A DNA stretch of 64,000 nucleotides from a virus (taxonomy: Duplodnaviria > Caudoviricetes). Under the pieces are notes generated by a model, which made no database searches, was not told the origin of the DNA, and saw only the letters and a list, made by a program, of their open reading frames with translations. Of this stretch, positions 51,116 to 61,138 are shown one piece after another. Made by a program: the position numbers and the translations under genes. Every line of letters starts with the position of its first letter. Within the stretch, counting starts at the first letter, position 1. The stretch lies in the IMG/VR virus record IMGVR_UViG_3300050343_000159; one strand, written 5' to 3'.

Positions 51116-51796
51116 ATGTCCGTTAGTCTAAGACTCTCTCATATTGAGGAGATTGAGTTGTGTAAGTCAGCACAACAGGGTTGTGAGAAATCCATGGAGA
51201 AGATGGTAACTCATAATCTTGGTCTGGTAAGTAAACTTGCCAAGAAAATGTATTACAAGAATGAGCAGTTCTCCTATGAGGATATGTTCCAAGAAGGTGT
51301 CATCGGTTTGATGAAAGCCATTCGCAAGTTTGATCCAAAAGAAGGTTGTAGGTTTTCTACTTACTCTTACTATTGGATCTATTGTTTTGTAAGTAAGTTT
51401 CACACCAATCACTATGGTAGGGTTCGTGTTCCTTCACATGTAAAAGAGAAACTTCGTAAGTTGGAGAAGACTGATATTAAAGGTTTCACTACATTGAAGA
51501 ACTCACTTCCTTATGTTGTGTCAATGAACTCATCGATTGGTGATAGTTCAACACTTGAAGATCTTATCTCAGATGACTATTATCGAGAACTTGATTGTGA
51601 AGTAGAAGTTGTTATTGATCAGATGAGGAAGGTTCTGAACGAACGTGAATACAGTGTAATGTGTTATCGTTATGGTTTGGATGGTAAAGACCAAATGACA
51701 CAACGTGAGTGTGGTAAGGTATTTGGTGTAAGTTACGCTATGATCCACTTGATTGAGAAGAAATCACTAGATAAACTTAGAAGATATTTCAACTGA
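51116..51796 (+). CDS. Sigma70-family RNA polymerase sigma factor
   Basis: Region 2 NLGLV..LAKK, DMFQEGVIGLMKAIRKFDP..G.RFSTYSYYWI; region 4 LNERE...RYGL...TQRECGKVFGVS. Confidence 0.9.
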   Translation: MSVSLRLSHIEEIELCKSAQQGCEKSMEKMVTHNLGLVSKLAKKMYYKNEQFSYEDMFQEGVIGLMKAIRKFDPKEGCRFSTYSYYWIYCFVSKFHTNHYGRVRVPSHVKEKLRKLEKTDIKGFTTLKNSLPYVVSMNSSIGDSSTLEDLISDDYYRELDCEVEVVIDQMRKVLNEREYSVMCYRYGLDGKDQMTQRECGKVFGVSYAMIHLIEKKSLDKLRRYFN

Positions 51797-51824
51797 TAAA
51801 TACTACTATGGTTGTATGTAGAAG

Positions 51825-53093
51825 ATGAAAGATTTTTTCAACTTCCTTTCGGAGGCTAGAGTATCTAAAGCTGCTGAGAAGGCAAAGAAACTTGGCCTCA
51901 CTAGTGATGGATCAGGCGGATGGGTAGATAGACAAGGTAATGTTCAAGCAAGAACTGTAGGTGGGGAATTAGTATTCTCACAAAAGAAAGGACCAACTGC
52001 AGAGAGAGAAACGGCAGGAAGAGTTACCGCAACTAAGGAAGATCCTAAGGCACAATCTCAACAACAGGCAGAACCTGAGGTTGAGAAGAGTAAGGATGAT
52101 CAAACTGATGGTGATATGAAGAATGGGGAGACAATCACCCTAGTCTTCGGTAGGTTTAATCCACCAACAGTTGGTCATGAGAAGTTACTTAATGGCGCAA
52201 AGAGTATTGCAGGTGGTTCAGAACTGAGGATTTATCCATCAAGATCCACTGATCCTAAGAAAAACCCTTTGGAACCAGGTGAAAAAACTAATATGATGAA
52301 GCAAATGTTCCCTGATCATAAGGAGAGCATTATTAATGATGAAGGTATCAAGACTATCTTTGATGCTCTTAAGTTAGCAGATGATGAGGGATATTCTAAT
52401 GTCAAAATCGTAGTTGGATCTGATAGAGTATCTGAGTTTGATAGTCTGGCTCAGAAATACAATGGTAAGTTGTATAACTTTGATGAAATTGAGACTATTT
52501 CTGCTGGTGATAGAGATGCAGAGGGTGAAGGTGTAGAAGGAATGTCAGCCTCTAAGATGAGACAGGCTGCATCAGAGGATGATTTTGAGGCATTCAGACA
52601 GGGTATTCCATCATCGCTGGATGACAAAACTGCAAGACAGTTGATGAGTACTGTTCGTAAGAGAATGAAAGTTACTACAGAGTCTTGGAGTCTGTGGGAG
52701 ATTGCACCTAAGTTTGATTGGAGAAACCTCCGTGAGAACTATGTAACTGGTAAAATCTTTAACATTAGTTCTTTGGTTGAGAACCTAAACACTGGTTTGG
52801 TTGGTAAAGTTATCCGTAGAGGAACCAACTATCTAATCTGTGTGACAGAGGATAATATTATGTTCAAGTCTTGGGTAAGAGATCTCAAGGAATATACTGA
52901 AGTCAAGATGGATAGTGAGATGAGAGATAAGACTCATCCAAATACTTTGGTTGGAACTTCTGGTAACTTCAAGAGAGTTGCAAAACTTACACCTGGTTTT
53001 GAGAAGGGAGACCCCACTAATCTACAGGATGGTGGAAAACCATACAAGGGTTATGATATCAGAAACTTCATAAATAAGAATAAGAAAAAGTAG
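51825..53093 (+). CDS. Cytidyltransferase-like (HIGH-superfamily nucleotidyltransferase) protein
   Basis: FGRFNPPTVGH, VVGSDR, SAGDRD, GMSASKMR. Confidence 0.88.
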   Translation: MKDFFNFLSEARVSKAAEKAKKLGLTSDGSGGWVDRQGNVQARTVGGELVFSQKKGPTAERETAGRVTATKEDPKAQSQQQAEPEVEKSKDDQTDGDMKNGETITLVFGRFNPPTVGHEKLLNGAKSIAGGSELRIYPSRSTDPKKNPLEPGEKTNMMKQMFPDHKESIINDEGIKTIFDALKLADDEGYSNVKIVVGSDRVSEFDSLAQKYNGKLYNFDEIETISAGDRDAEGEGVEGMSASKMRQAASEDDFEAFRQGIPSSLDDKTARQLMSTVRKRMKVTTESWSLWEIAPKFDWRNLRENYVTGKIFNISSLVENLNTGLVGKVIRRGTNYLICVTEDNIMFKSWVRDLKEYTEVKMDSEMRDKTHPNTLVGTSGNFKRVAKLTPGFEKGDPTNLQDGGKPYKGYDIRNFINKNKKK

Positions 53094-53101
53094 TCAAAGA
53101 A

Positions 53102-54235
53102 ATGATTAACCCTCTTAATGAATTGTCTTCTGTGTATATGCAGGACATTTCAGAAAAAAAGAAGTGTGATGAAAAACTCCCACAGGGTGATAGTGTAGAT
53201 GGTGGAGATGCTGCTAAGCCTGGTAAGGATAAGAACTATGTGAAGCCTATGGCTACAGAAGGTCATTGTGCTGTTGATGGTGTTGAGTGTTCTCCAACAG
53301 AGAAGAAGAAAGACTCTAAGAGAATGAAGAAAGAAAGTGCATATTCAAATTGGAGAAATGATTCACAAGATCTCCTAGAAGTCATTGGTGGCGCATATGG
53401 TGGAGTTGCCGGTGTTGATAATGAGAAAAATCTTGAGAACCCTAAGGCTAAGAAAGCTTCTAAGTCTAACGAAAGAATTACTGAGAAAAGTGTAAAGAAT
53501 AAGATTAGAATCAATCCTCCTCAGGGTGTAACTGAAGGGTTCGCAGAACTCGGTGGTGTTATTGCAGAAATGTATGAAATTACTGAGAAGATTGATATCG
53601 CTAAGGCTGATATGGGTGATGTTGTAAAGGACTTCCGTAAGTCTGATGCACCTCAGTTTAAAGGTAAGTCGGATAAAAAGAAGCAAGAGATGGCTGTTGC
53701 AGCCAAACTAGCTACTGAGGAGACAGAAGAAGAGAAGAAGAAGAGAGAGTTGTTGGCTAAGACCAAGGAACATGATGATAAACAGTCAGGTAAATTAGCT
53801 GAGGCTGATATGGCTGGAGCTCCTTCCATTAAGAATATCAAACCAGTAAAGAAAACTAATGTGAAGTATGATCCTGACATGAAAGTTATGGCTCCTACCA
53901 TCAAGGCAGAAGGTAGAGCATTGGCTGGTGTTCTTTCTACCATCAGAGCAAAGAATGGAATGGGAACTGTAACAGCCAAGGGAGCTGATAAACTACAGGC
54001 TAAGAAAGAGAAGACTATGGGTGAAGAGATGTCTGTGAAAGATCAGATGGCAGCTACTATTAAATACAACAAAATGAATCCTCGTAAACCATATAAGCCT
54101 GGTGATGGATACAAGAGGAACCAACGTGATGCAGCTGCTAATGCAGCAAGACAACCTAAGGATACTAGAACTGATGCACAGAAGATGACTGATGCTACTG
54201 GACCTAGACCCGGATCCAACTATAGAGGAGACTGA
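53102..54235 (+). CDS. Lys/Glu-rich probable internal head protein
   Basis: DFRKSDAPQFKGKSDKKKQEMAVAAKL module; many xxE putative gp21 sites; preceded by TAAATA. Confidence 0.6.
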   Translation: MINPLNELSSVYMQDISEKKKCDEKLPQGDSVDGGDAAKPGKDKNYVKPMATEGHCAVDGVECSPTEKKKDSKRMKKESAYSNWRNDSQDLLEVIGGAYGGVAGVDNEKNLENPKAKKASKSNERITEKSVKNKIRINPPQGVTEGFAELGGVIAEMYEITEKIDIAKADMGDVVKDFRKSDAPQFKGKSDKKKQEMAVAAKLATEETEEEKKKRELLAKTKEHDDKQSGKLAEADMAGAPSIKNIKPVKKTNVKYDPDMKVMAPTIKAEGRALAGVLSTIRAKNGMGTVTAKGADKLQAKKEKTMGEEMSVKDQMAATIKYNKMNPRKPYKPGDGYKRNQRDAAANAARQPKDTRTDAQKMTDATGPRPGSNYRGD

Positions 54236-54717
54236 TGCAAGTTGGAACTGGAGGATTTACTAATAGTTCTCCTGCACAAGGACCAGTTGCTGGTATAGAC
54301 ACAAAGTTGTTCAAGGGCGAAGATGATCTTCTGGATCAAGATTATCAAACCCCTGGACAATCAGGTCAAGCCAAGTGGAGATTTTCTAATGTCTATCCTG
54401 TTCAGAGAGTAGGGTTACAAGATGTTGATGCAATGGTTGATGCATCTAAAGAGTATGTTAAGATGGTGGATGAATCAGCCTATCAACGTATCCGTCAGGT
54501 CTTCAATCAAGTGAGGTTAGAACAAAAGATGAGAGAGAACTATGATCTTAAACGTGAAAAAAGACTTGATGATCAAGAGAGGAAACATAAAGAGCAAGAT
54601 GAAAGAATGAAGTATGGTAAGAAAGGTTTTAATCAATATCAAAAAGATTCACTGAGACCTGGCGAAGTCAAAAGGTATGATAAAATGAAGAAGAAGTGGG
54701 TATCAAATAAAGATTGA
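54235..54717 (+). CDS. Hypothetical protein with gp23-like N-terminal motif
   Basis: GGFTNSSPAQGPVAGID; C-terminal RPGEVKRYD. Confidence 0.65.
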   Translation: MQVGTGGFTNSSPAQGPVAGIDTKLFKGEDDLLDQDYQTPGQSGQAKWRFSNVYPVQRVGLQDVDAMVDASKEYVKMVDESAYQRIRQVFNQVRLEQKMRENYDLKREKRLDDQERKHKEQDERMKYGKKGFNQYQKDSLRPGEVKRYDKMKKKWVSNKD

Positions 54718-54748
54718 TTTATATATAGTGTAGTTATGAATTATTACT

Positions 54749-54949
54749 ATGCTATCCTTTCTACTACCATTAGCAGCAAAGATTATTAAAGATGCTGTTG
54801 CAAACATTCCCGAAAATGAAGAACTGGGTGAGAAGATGGTTGAGATCTGTCTTGTTATTCTTTCTAAGGCAGTTAAGCTGACCAAGACTGATATGGACGA
54901 TCAACTTCTTGAGGTTGTCACAAAGGCAATAAATAATAGAGAAGAATGA
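54749..54949 (+). CDS. Conserved small hypothetical protein
   Basis: LLPLAAKII...TKTDMDDQLLEVV. Confidence 0.65.
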   Translation: MLSFLLPLAAKIIKDAVANIPENEELGEKMVEICLVILSKAVKLTKTDMDDQLLEVVTKAINNREE

Positions 54950-54954
54950 TAAAT

Positions 54955-54990
54955 GAACCCCCTATTAGGGGTTCTATTTTTTTATAAATA
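54955..54990 (+). terminator. Terminator hairpin abutting late promoter TATAAATA (54983-54990)
   Basis: GAACCCC/GGGGTTC stem plus T-tract, then TATAAATA. Confidence 0.7.
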
Positions 54991-55025
54991 TTTACTAACA
55001 TAACAAAGTTTATTAAGGCAGAAAC

Positions 55026-55544
55026 ATGGCACTTTGGGGAAATAACGATAACGTAGGATCGACGGGTACCGTTGCCCTGAACTACTCTACGGGCGTCGTA
55101 ACAGGAACTGGCACAACGTTCGGTCAAGTGGGTGCAGCATCAACTGGTGATGTTATTCGATTCGGTGCCCGTGGTGGTGCCTATTTTGGTGATGCAGTCA
55201 TCGTTAGTATCGCTTCTACTATTTCTTGCACGATTGGTTCGACCATGGGTCTGACTGGTGGTGCTATTAGTGGAGCTCAATTTAAAGTATCTCAACTTCC
55301 TAAGTCTAGCATTAAGGATTCTACTTACTCCAAGAAAGGAACACTATCAGGCGATTCTTTGGTTTATGGCGTGGCTAATGCTGGAGGAGTGATTCCTTCA
55401 TATCAGGTCACAGCAGAAGGTTGGGTTGGTGTTACTACATATAATGACTCCCAAGGAAATCTGAGAGTTAAGAAAGAGACTTTAGTTGCCATGTCTGGTA
55501 TTACAACTGGAGCTGGATCTATTGTATATCCTACTAACAAATGA
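55026..55544 (+). CDS. Gly/Thr-rich virion structural protein
   Basis: MALWG start; GWVGVTTY..GNLRVKKETLVAMS. Confidence 0.7.
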   Translation: MALWGNNDNVGSTGTVALNYSTGVVTGTGTTFGQVGAASTGDVIRFGARGGAYFGDAVIVSIASTISCTIGSTMGLTGGAISGAQFKVSQLPKSSIKDSTYSKKGTLSGDSLVYGVANAGGVIPSYQVTAEGWVGVTTYNDSQGNLRVKKETLVAMSGITTGAGSIVYPTNK

Positions 55545-55547
55545 TAA

Positions 55548-55940
55548 ATGAGATTTAATGAATTGAACGCAGATAACTTTCTGCTATTTGCGATTAAACA
55601 TTATGAGAATCCTCAGGCAGTCAGTGTTGATGACTTTGAGAAAGACTTAAACATCTTTCGATACATCAAACGACTCCTGAGGAAGTATAAAAATGGTTCA
55701 GATTTGAAGGTTCATCTTCTAATAAACCATTTTATTATTCTTTATAATATCTTTGGAGATGCTGCAACACCCATGCTTTTCTTTAAGCTGGATAAGGATT
55801 TGTGGCCTTCACTAAAGGCTTTTGTCTTATTCTTAGATAGATTACCAGATTACCCGAGAACATCTTTACATGATCTTGAGGTAGATGAATATTGTTTAGA
55901 AGAACTCAGAGGTATTACTGATGGAAAGGGAGAAAATTGA
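55548..55940 (+). CDS. Conserved T4-like hypothetical protein
   Basis: FAIKHYENPQ...LLINHFIILYNIFG. Confidence 0.8.
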   Translation: MRFNELNADNFLLFAIKHYENPQAVSVDDFEKDLNIFRYIKRLLRKYKNGSDLKVHLLINHFIILYNIFGDAATPMLFFKLDKDLWPSLKAFVLFLDRLPDYPRTSLHDLEVDEYCLEELRGITDGKGEN

Positions 55941-56232
55941 TAAGGTAATCGATGCATTTCGATCTGCCATGTATCAAGAGTTCAGTGTGAGTGAAGAAGG
56001 AATGGTAGCTAATCCTCCTGGTGGATCTGGTGGGTTTAGTGGATCTTCTGATGCAAAAGGACCAACTGCTGGTTATGATAAACCAATGAAGTTTGATGGT
56101 CGTAATAAGTTTGTTAGAAAGGCTATCAGTGACCTGATGAGTAGAAAGGAAAAAAGAGAAAATAGAAAAAACAAAAAGAAAGCATTAGAGTTCAACCCTT
56201 ACTTTAAGCCTCAAGATGGACGATCAAGTTAA
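55921..56232 (+). CDS. Hypothetical protein with gp23-like N-arm motif
   Basis: GGSGGFSGSSDAKGPTAGYD; basic C-terminus. Confidence 0.7.
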   Translation: MEREKIDKVIDAFRSAMYQEFSVSEEGMVANPPGGSGGFSGSSDAKGPTAGYDKPMKFDGRNKFVRKAISDLMSRKEKRENRKNKKKALEFNPYFKPQDGRSS

Positions 56233-56590
56233 GTTGGCTATACTACAACAGAGAGTTGATGACATCAAACCTCTGTTAGATAAATTAGACGTAACTATTG
56301 AAAAACTTTCTGAGGTAAATACAACAGTTAGCAGAATGCTTGCTGTTCATGAAGAAAGATTATCAAAGTCAGAAGAGATTGACTCTGTATTATTTGCAAA
56401 GATTGACGAACTCCGTGATAAAATGGACTCAGATCATAACAGTGTCTTGTCAAGACTACAGGATCTAGAGAAAAAGGTTTGGGTTGCTATCGGGTGCGTA
56501 GTAGCTGTGTCTTTTATAGCACAAACCAATTGGTTCGACTTGACTCCACCATCAGAAGTTGGTAAAATAACGAGTAGTTATATCAAGTGA
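56216..56590 (+). CDS. Coiled-coil protein with C-terminal TM segment
   Basis: RMLAVHEERL; KKVWVAIGCVVAVSFI. Confidence 0.7.
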   Translation: MDDQVKLAILQQRVDDIKPLLDKLDVTIEKLSEVNTTVSRMLAVHEERLSKSEEIDSVLFAKIDELRDKMDSDHNSVLSRLQDLEKKVWVAIGCVVAVSFIAQTNWFDLTPPSEVGKITSSYIK

Positions 56591-56591
56591 T

Positions 56592-57584
56592 ATGGATTTT
56601 ATTGATGTCAAATACATCAATTTGATCTCCTCCAGACTTCAAAAGTTCAAAAGAGTAAAGCCAAAGCTTTATAACTTCCGATGTCCCATATGTGGTGACT
56701 CTCAGAAGAATAAGAACAAAGCTAGAGGTTTTCTTTATCAGGTTAAGAACAATACTAATTTCAAGTGCCATAACTGTGGTATCAGTGTTTCGTTTGCAAA
56801 CTTCTTAAAGGATTTGGATCCTCAAACTTATAAACAATATACTTTTGAGAAGTTCAAAGAAGGTAATACTGGTAAGAACTTTGTAACAGAATCACCTGAA
56901 GATATGTTTAGTAAGATGAGAAATACTAAACCAACATTTAAGAAGAAGATTGTCATCGATCTCCCTTCTGCTTTCAGTATTCCATCGTCTAAACACTATT
57001 TGGAATCTAGAGCCATCTTGAGTGGGAACTTTTATTACGCAGAAAACTTCCAAGAGTTTGTTAATAGTATCAAACCAGGTTCATTTGAACATCCTAAATT
57101 TGGTGAATCTAGAATTGTAATTCCTCTTGTCAGGGATGAGAAACTTATCGGGTTACAGGGCAGAGCCCTATCTACAAACCCTGTTAAATACTTAACCGTT
57201 ATGTTGGATGAGGATGCCCCAAAGATCTATGGAACCGATGAGATTGACAAATCCCTTCCAGTTTATATTACAGAAGGACCATTCGACTCTACGTTCATTC
57301 GCAACTCGGTTGCTATGTGTGGAGCTGATGTTGATGTCGTCAGTTGCGGGATTAGTAATCCTGTCTGGATATATGATAACGAACCACGCAACTCCCAAAT
57401 CACCAGAAGAATTGAACAAACAATCGATCAAGGAGATAAAGTCGTTATCTGGCCCTCCAATATTCGGGAAAAGGATATAAATGATATGGTCTTAAGTGGA
57501 CATAAAGTTCAAGAGATTGTAGACAAAAACACCTACAAAGGATTAGAAGCAAAACTAAAATTTACCAGTTGGAAAAAAGTATGA
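56592..57584 (+). CDS. g61: DNA primase
   Basis: FRCPICGDS, FKCHNC, QGRAL, TEGPFDS toprim, KDINDM. Confidence 0.96.
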   Translation: MDFIDVKYINLISSRLQKFKRVKPKLYNFRCPICGDSQKNKNKARGFLYQVKNNTNFKCHNCGISVSFANFLKDLDPQTYKQYTFEKFKEGNTGKNFVTESPEDMFSKMRNTKPTFKKKIVIDLPSAFSIPSSKHYLESRAILSGNFYYAENFQEFVNSIKPGSFEHPKFGESRIVIPLVRDEKLIGLQGRALSTNPVKYLTVMLDEDAPKIYGTDEIDKSLPVYITEGPFDSTFIRNSVAMCGADVDVVSCGISNPVWIYDNEPRNSQITRRIEQTIDQGDKVVIWPSNIREKDINDMVLSGHKVQEIVDKNTYKGLEAKLKFTSWKKV

Positions 57585-59880
57585 GTAACGGTACAAAGGT
57601 TCAGAAGAGAGATGGTCGTGTTGAATCACTTGACCTGGATAAGATGCATCTTATGGTTGAAGAGGCGTGTGATGGCCTATCAAATGTGTCTGCTAGTCAG
57701 GTAGAGATGACATCTGGTATTCAGTTCTATGACGGCATTACTACTGCTGAGATCCAAGAGATTCTTATTAAGAGTGCCAGTGACCTGATTGACTTGGATC
57801 ACCCCAACTATCAGTTTGTAGCTGCAAGACTTCTTCTGTTCTCTCTTAGGAAGCAACTGTATGGTGGTAGGAGGGAGATGCCTTCCTTGATTGATCACAT
57901 CACCAAACTGGCATACGATGATCACTATGATAGAGATATCTTTACAAAGTATTCACAAGAAGAGATTGAGAAGGTAGAAACTTTTATTGATCACGATCGC
58001 GATTTTCTATTCACATATGCTGGTTTGAGGCAGGTTGTGGATAAATACCTAGTACAAGATAGGAGTGTTGGAAAGGTACACGAAACTCCTCAGTTCATGT
58101 ACATGATGATTGCATTGACAATCTTCCGTGAGTATCCAAAAGAAACAAGACTTTCCTACGTTAGAAGATACTACGATGCCATCTCAAAACACAGACTCAA
58201 CATCCCAACGCCAATCATGGCGGGTGTCAGAACTCCCCTACGCCAGTTTGCGTCTTGTGTTCTGGTTGATGTTGATGACACCCTGGATAGCATTTTTAGT
58301 TCTGATATGGCCATTGGCCGTTATGTCGCACAAAGGGCTGGCATCGGTATCAACGCTGGCAGGATCCGTGGGATCAACAGTAAAATCAGGGGCGGAGAAG
58401 TACAGCACACTGGCGTTGTTCCTTTCCTTAAAAAGTTTGAATCAACTGTACGATGCTGTACACAAAATGGGATTCGTGGTGGCTCAGCAACAGTCCACTT
58501 CCCCATCTGGCACCAAGAAATCCAAGACATCATCGTCTTAAAGAACAACAAAGGCACAGAAGACAACAGGGTACGGAAACTTGATTACTCAATCCAAATT
58601 TCAAAGATTTTCTACGAACGTTTCATTGCGAATGGAGAGATTAGCTTGTTCTCACCGCACGACGTACCGGGTCTGTATGATGCCTTTGGTACTGACGGGT
58701 TCGATGATTTATATGTTAGTTTTGAACGAGATGAGTCTGTTCCAAGAAAGAGTATTAAAGCACAAGAACTAATCCTTGATATTCTCAAAGAAAGAGCAGA
58801 GACAGGTCGTCTGTATCTGATGAATATTGACCATTGTAACTCTCACTCTTCCTTCAAAGATAAGGTTGAGATGAGTAATCTGTGTCAGGAAATCACTCTT
58901 CCTACATATCCTTTATCACATATTGATGATCAGGTTGGTGAGATTGCACTCTGTATTCTCTCAGCAGTAATGTTGGTAAGATTAAGACTGATGAGGAACT
59001 AGAAGACCTCTGTGACCTAGCTGTGAGGGGTCTAGACGAGTTGATTGACTATCAAGACTATCCAATCATCGCAGCTGAACTTGCAACTAAGGCAAGAAGG
59101 TCTCTGGGTATTGGTTACATTGGATTGGCACACTACCTGGCAAAGTTGGGTTACTCCTATGATTCACAAGAGGCATGGGATGCTGTTCATGGACTCTCTG
59201 AGTCCTTCCAGTATTACCTTCTGAAGTCTTCTAATCAGTTGGCTAAGGAGAAAGGTCACTGTGAATACTTTGGTCGCACCAAATACTCCAGTGGAACACT
59301 ACCTATCGATACATATAAGAAAGATGTAGATGAACTAGTATCAACGGAGTTGCAACATGATTGGGATATGCTTAGGAATGATATCCTCGAATACGGTCTC
59401 AGGAACTCAACACTGTCCGCACAAATGCCATCGGAAAGCAGTTCCGTTGTGTCAAACGCAACTAATGGAATCGAACCTCCTCGTGGATACTTGTCCATTA
59501 AGAAGTCCAAGAAAGGGCCTCTTAAGCAAATTGTTCCCCAGTATGCCTCATTGAAGAATAACTATACTCTTCTGTGGGATATGAAAGATAATGGTGGATA
59601 CATTAGAATAGTAGCTGTGATGCAAAAGTTCTTCGACCAGGCAATTTCTGGTAACTGGAGTTATAATCCAGAGAACTATCCTGATAATGAGGTTCCTGTT
59701 TCCCAGATGGCAAAGGATTTTCTCACAACTTATAAATATGGTTGGAAGACATCCTACTATCAGAACACTCACGACTTAAAGTCTGATGAAGTAGATGAAG
59801 AGCCGCAGTCGAAGTTAGATGAATTGTTATTAGAACTATCACAAGCCGAGGAGGGAGAGTGTGAATCCTGTGCAGTTTAA
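57581..59880 (+). CDS. nrdA: Ribonucleotide reductase class Ia alpha subunit (single-base frameshift at about 58970)
   Basis: ATP-cone VQKRDG; PTPIMAG; FASCVL; SNLCQEI; RSLGIG; MPSESSS; KTSYY; C-terminal ECESCAV. Confidence 0.96.
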
Positions 59881-61057
59881 AGTTTCACCAGTAGGTGGCA
59901 AAGATATCATGAATGAAGTGAAAGGTATGACGGTGTTTAACACCGAGGTACATGATGCAAAGAAACAACCAATGTTCTTTGGTAAACCTCTGGGAGTCCA
60001 GAGGTATGATTCTTATAAGTATCCGGTGTTTGAAAAACTTACTACACAACAACTTGGATACTTCTGGAGACCAGAAGAAGTTTCACTACAGAAAGATAGA
60101 GGAGACTATCAGTCTCTCCGTCCAGAACAGAAACATATCTATACTTCTAACCTGAAGTATCAGATTATGTTGGATTCTATTCAGGGTCGTGGTCCTGGTA
60201 TGGCATTCATTCCTTACTGTTCTCTACCTGAACTAGAAGCATGTATGGAAGTATGGGGATTCATGGAGATGATCCATAGTCGTTCCTACACATACATCAT
60301 TAAGAACATTTACTCTAATCCAGCTGATGTGTTGGATAAGATTGTCACAGATCAAAAGATCCTAGACCGTGCCAAGAGTGTAACAGAGTCATATGATGAC
60401 TTCATCAACACCGCACAAGTCTGGGGAACTACTGGTATGTGGTCTGCAGATTTTAGAGGATCTCCATCAACTGAGTATGAAATCAAGGAAGTCAAGCGTA
60501 AGCTTTACAGGGCTGTTGCGAATGTCAACATCTTGGAAGGCATTCGTTTCTATGTCAGTTTTGCTTGTTCTTTTGCTTTCGGCGAGCTCAAACTCATGGA
60601 AGGGTCGGCGAAGATCATTAGTCTTATCGCCCGTGACGAGAATCAGCATCTTGCAATCACGCAGAATATCCTGAATAAGTGGAAGAGTGGTGATGATCCT
60701 ATGATGAAACAGATCGCCAAAGAAGAAGAAGAGTGGGTCTATGCAATGTTTGATAGAGCTGTGAATGAGGAGAAGGCTTGGGCTGACTACCTGTTCAAGG
60801 ACGGTTCTATGATTGGTCTAAATGATACCCTATTGCAACAGTATGTTGAGTGGATCGCCAATCGTCGTATGAAGGGTATAGGATTGAAGCCAATCTATGA
60901 TATCCCTGCCAAGAACAACCCTCTTCCCTGGACCCAACACTGGATCTCCTCGAAAGGATTGCAAGTGGCACCACAAGAAACGGAAGTTGAATCTTATGTC
61001 GTCGGTGGAATCAAACAGGATGTACAAAAAGACACTTTCTCAGACTTTAAACTCTGA
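59861..61057 (+). CDS. nrdB: Ribonucleotide reductase class Ia beta subunit
   Basis: FWRPEEV, MLDSIQGR, EMIHSRSY, LEGIRFYVSF, RDENQH, APQETEVESY. Confidence 0.97.
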   Translation: MNPVQFKVSPVGGKDIMNEVKGMTVFNTEVHDAKKQPMFFGKPLGVQRYDSYKYPVFEKLTTQQLGYFWRPEEVSLQKDRGDYQSLRPEQKHIYTSNLKYQIMLDSIQGRGPGMAFIPYCSLPELEACMEVWGFMEMIHSRSYTYIIKNIYSNPADVLDKIVTDQKILDRAKSVTESYDDFINTAQVWGTTGMWSADFRGSPSTEYEIKEVKRKLYRAVANVNILEGIRFYVSFACSFAFGELKLMEGSAKIISLIARDENQHLAITQNILNKWKSGDDPMMKQIAKEEEEWVYAMFDRAVNEEKAWADYLFKDGSMIGLNDTLLQQYVEWIANRRMKGIGLKPIYDIPAKNNPLPWTQHWISSKGLQVAPQETEVESYVVGGIKQDVQKDTFSDFKL

Positions 61058-61138
61058 GATAGAAGGGAGATATCCCTATAACAAATCTCTTTTGTCCTAT
61101 AAGAGGTGGTCTGATAGTCTCAGGCCACCTTTTCGTGG

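Noticed and set aside
58960-59030. nrdA split as an intron, intein or programmed frameshift
   Set aside because: Adding one T (GCA GTT AAT GTT) restores the expected SAVNVGKIK...DLAVRGL. There is no inserted sequence, which fits the window-wide indel error pattern.
61043-61057. TTTAAAC slippery site at the end of nrdB
   Set aside because: The heptamer is out of phase for -1 frameshifting in the nrdB frame, and nrdB ends at its normal conserved C-terminus (FSDFKL).
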